A stretch of DNA of 18,202 nt, from contig JBMFWF010000012.1 of assembly GCA_049965555.1 (NCBI GenBank), positions 1-18,202 of the forward strand. Reading direction: 5' to 3'. The translations under genes were made by a program, and so were the position numbers. The notes under the pieces are model-generated. The model had not been told where the DNA came from. It ran no database searches and saw nothing but the letters and a program-made list of their open reading frames with translations. Below are positions 15,992 to 18,202 of this stretch, in pieces (position 1 is the stretch's first letter; every line of letters begins with the position of its first letter). The stretch is from Candidatus Parvarchaeum sp. (GTDB lineage: Archaea; Nanobdellota; Nanobdellia; Parvarchaeales; Parvarchaeaceae).

Positions 15992-16402
15992 ATGATATTC
16001 GCTGATTTCAAGGAAACAGTAAAAACAAGTGACTTGGAGAAAGTACTCGACGCTACATTTTCTGAATTAGGTTATAAAGTTCTAAGAGTAAAAGATAATT
16101 ATCATTCAGAAGAGTACTTTGAAGGGAAGATGATCCCAATCAAAGAAGGCATAGAATATGAGGTAAGGAAGAACTTCCTTGGGCCAAAGATGTACTTTGG
16201 ATTTAAATTTAAAACGGGCTTTGAAGGAAAACTGCAAAAATTTGTGTATGATAAAGAACAAGCAAGACAGTTGTATGGTTGGGTTTATTCATTAAAAGAA
16301 GACAAATACAAAGATGACCTGCTAGAGGTAATAAACACTGCGGTAAATAAGATTAACAACGAAAATAAAGCAAATCTGGCAAATATAACATACTACAAAT
16401 AA
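15992..16402 (+). CDS. Hypothetical protein
   Basis: 136-aa ORF with BRE/TATA-like CAAAAAGTTTTTAATA about 25-35 nt upstream. Translationally coupled (TAATG) to the next ORF. Confidence 0.7.
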   Translation: MIFADFKETVKTSDLEKVLDATFSELGYKVLRVKDNYHSEEYFEGKMIPIKEGIEYEVRKNFLGPKMYFGFKFKTGFEGKLQKFVYDKEQARQLYGWVYSLKEDKYKDDLLEVINTAVNKINNENKANLANITYYK

Positions 16403-16689
16403 TGGAAGAAAACAATAAACATATAACTTGGCAAAGCGAAAACTGTCTTCTTTGCAAATATTTTATACCAAACGATGTGCTAAATGCAGATATTTTAGAG
16501 AGAGGGAAGTGCGCACACCCTTCTCTTGTCAAATTTAATCTAGTCGTTTCAGGAAGAGACTGGTGCAACTTGTTTGCAAAGATGAGTGACGGCAGAAGAG
16601 AAAAACTAATCCAGGAAGGATTCAAAAAAGACGATGAACAGCAGAAAAAGCTTATAGAAGAAAGCAAGAAAGCTGGAAACTTTGATTAA
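16402..16689 (+). CDS. Small Cys-rich protein, HiPIP-like metal/Fe-S binding motif
   Basis: ENCLLCKYF...GKCAHP...VSGRDWCNLF gives the pattern CxxC-xn-C-xn-WC. No signal peptide. Confidence 0.6.
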   Translation: MEENNKHITWQSENCLLCKYFIPNDVLNADILERGKCAHPSLVKFNLVVSGRDWCNLFAKMSDGRREKLIQEGFKKDDEQQKKLIEESKKAGNFD

Positions 16690-16780
16690 TTAGAGTATAA
16701 TGCTTTTTAAGCTATATATTAAATTATTTTAACTAAAAACAAACTTTATTAAAATGTCTGCTATAAGCTTATTAATAAAA

Positions 16781-18202
16781 TTAAGAAACCCCTCCGAATC
16801 TAACAAAAGGCATTTGGTTTACAGCATTAGTAAGAGCATAAACATGTAACGGGTAAGTATCTGTATTACCCTGTGCATAACCAAACTCATATCCCCAAGT
16901 TTCTGATAATCTGTTTCCGAATTCGTTTACTAGATAATTTTGATACAATTTACCATTTATAAGCCAATTACCAGTTACATCATAAGAATCAGAAGTTGTA
17001 TTTAGAGTTTCATTTGACATCCAAAAATAAGAATAGAATTGTCCATTATAAGGTGCATATACCCTAGGAGGGGGTGCCGAGATTATAGTGCTCTCATTTG
17101 CAATTTGACCAAATGTCGGACCCGGTACTCCGGCATTAATACTTATCCCATAATATATGGTTCCGCCGTTATTATAATTATTCCATTGCACGAGTATACC
17201 ATAATGTGAAAGGTCTAGTCCTGAACCTGATTCAGTAAAGTAACCTATAATTATGTCTGTTGAATTTGTTGTTATCACAAGTCCATTATCAATTGAAACA
17301 TCTGAAGATATAGTGCTCGTTGGAACACTGTAGGTATTCTGAACATTGTAATTTGGAGAATAAACCCACGCAAATTGATAAATGCTTGTTCCACTTGCAA
17401 AATTGTAATAAACCTGGAAAACATTGGCCCCATCATCATATTGCGCGTATGTTGCAGATAGCTGCGGAGCTTCGCCGTCGTTTGCTGTATTGAATAGATT
17501 AGTTGATGTGGGAGCAAAGCCTACATAAATTGTTTCTGATGATCCTGCTGGGACTGATGCTATCTTAAGCCACCAGGTTGCATTGTCTGCCGTGTAGCTT
17601 TCTAACCAAGAAGGAATTACTGTGCCGTTGTAATAGAAAAACTCCACATTTTGACCGAAATTTCCTGTCGATATACTGGTCCAGCCCGGATCTGTTGAAT
17701 TGAATACAAGCATTTGCTGGAAAGGAGAAGGAGTTGCTGAATTCTGTGTATTGGTTATTGTTACAGGCTCATAGCTTGTCAATACAGAAGGCTTTCCAGG
17801 TATTGAGGTTCCTGCAACTGTCCCTGTCGTGTTTGTTACTACGTTGCCGGCGGTTGTTGAATAGCTGTACTGTATGCTTGCCGACAGGGAGTAATGGATT
17901 CCTGCCGATGTACAGGCTACATTTGGTATTAAGATAGTGGCTGTTTGGCCGCTTGTCAATGTTATTGGATTTGTTAGTGTATAACTTGCAGCAGTGGTAT
18001 TTGCTCCTGTTGCTGATGTTAAATAAACCTTGTCTATTGTCAATGAATTTGCATTGTTTGGTATTGGACCTGCTATTACTGCTATTTTGTATCCTAGGTT
18101 ATTGCATAATGAAGAAGAGACTGTAAACGGTGAGAAACCAGAGCTTGTGAATGTTACGCTGGAACTTGGGTTGAAGATACCCATTGAATAGAGGATAACT
18201 GC
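16781..18202 (-). CDS. Pilin-like (class III signal) DUF2341-domain surface protein, 5'-partial
   Basis: The frame stays open to the window edge (AVILYS-MGIFNP, the end of an archaeal pilin hydrophobic helix). It has a Ser/Thr-rich region, then PVTITNTQNSATPSPFQQM...NVEFFYYNGTVIPSWLES...TWWLK...GEAPQLSATYAQYDDGANVF. Confidence 0.8.
   Translation of the reverse strand, partial: AVILYSMGIFNPSSSVTFTSSGFSPFTVSSSLCNNLGYKIAVIAGPIPNNANSLTIDKVYLTSATGANTTAASYTLTNPITLTSGQTATILIPNVACTSAGIHYSLSASIQYSYSTTAGNVVTNTTGTVAGTSIPGKPSVLTSYEPVTITNTQNSATPSPFQQMLVFNSTDPGWTSISTGNFGQNVEFFYYNGTVIPSWLESYTADNATWWLKIASVPAGSSETIYVGFAPTSTNLFNTANDGEAPQLSATYAQYDDGANVFQVYYNFASGTSIYQFAWVYSPNYNVQNTYSVPTSTISSDVSIDNGLVITTNSTDIIIGYFTESGSGLDLSHYGILVQWNNYNNGGTIYYGISINAGVPGPTFGQIANESTIISAPPPRVYAPYNGQFYSYFWMSNETLNTTSDSYDVTGNWLINGKLYQNYLVNEFGNRLSETWGYEFGYAQGNTDTYPLHVYALTNAVNQMPFVRFGGVS

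Overview
AT-rich archaeal DNA. The TATA/BRE-type promoters, GGTGA/GGAGG Shine-Dalgarno sites and a class-III-pilin/DUF2341 surface protein suggest a DPANN lineage such as Parvarchaeota/Micrarchaeota; this is inferred, not verified. The centre is an NAD(P) salvage cluster: pncB divergent from pncA-nadE-nadK. Beside it is a second NAD-kinase-fold protein that has lost the catalytic GGDG motif and gained a C-terminal winged HTH. A perfect 17-bp palindrome lies in the pncB promoter, so this may be an NAD(P)-sensing pseudokinase transcription factor with its operator. The cluster and its neighbours (dipeptide epimerase, rhomboid, Toprim, DsrE-like protein, lysine 6-aminotransferase) sit between two direct copies of a 268/288-bp protein-less IS200/IS605-type element (5054-5321 and 14266-14553). 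Each copy has a TnpB omegaRNA-like scaffold, a TCAC right end, a TTTAA site at the left end and a different flanking guide. A separate structured ncRNA candidate (about 4860-5025) adjoins copy 1. Also present are a partial queuosine-salvage (Qng1/DUF2419) gene, a decayed AT-rich island, an M13 peptidase, an aldo/keto reductase, a HiPIP-like Cys protein and several hypothetical genes. All calls come from reading motifs by eye; no database searches were run.
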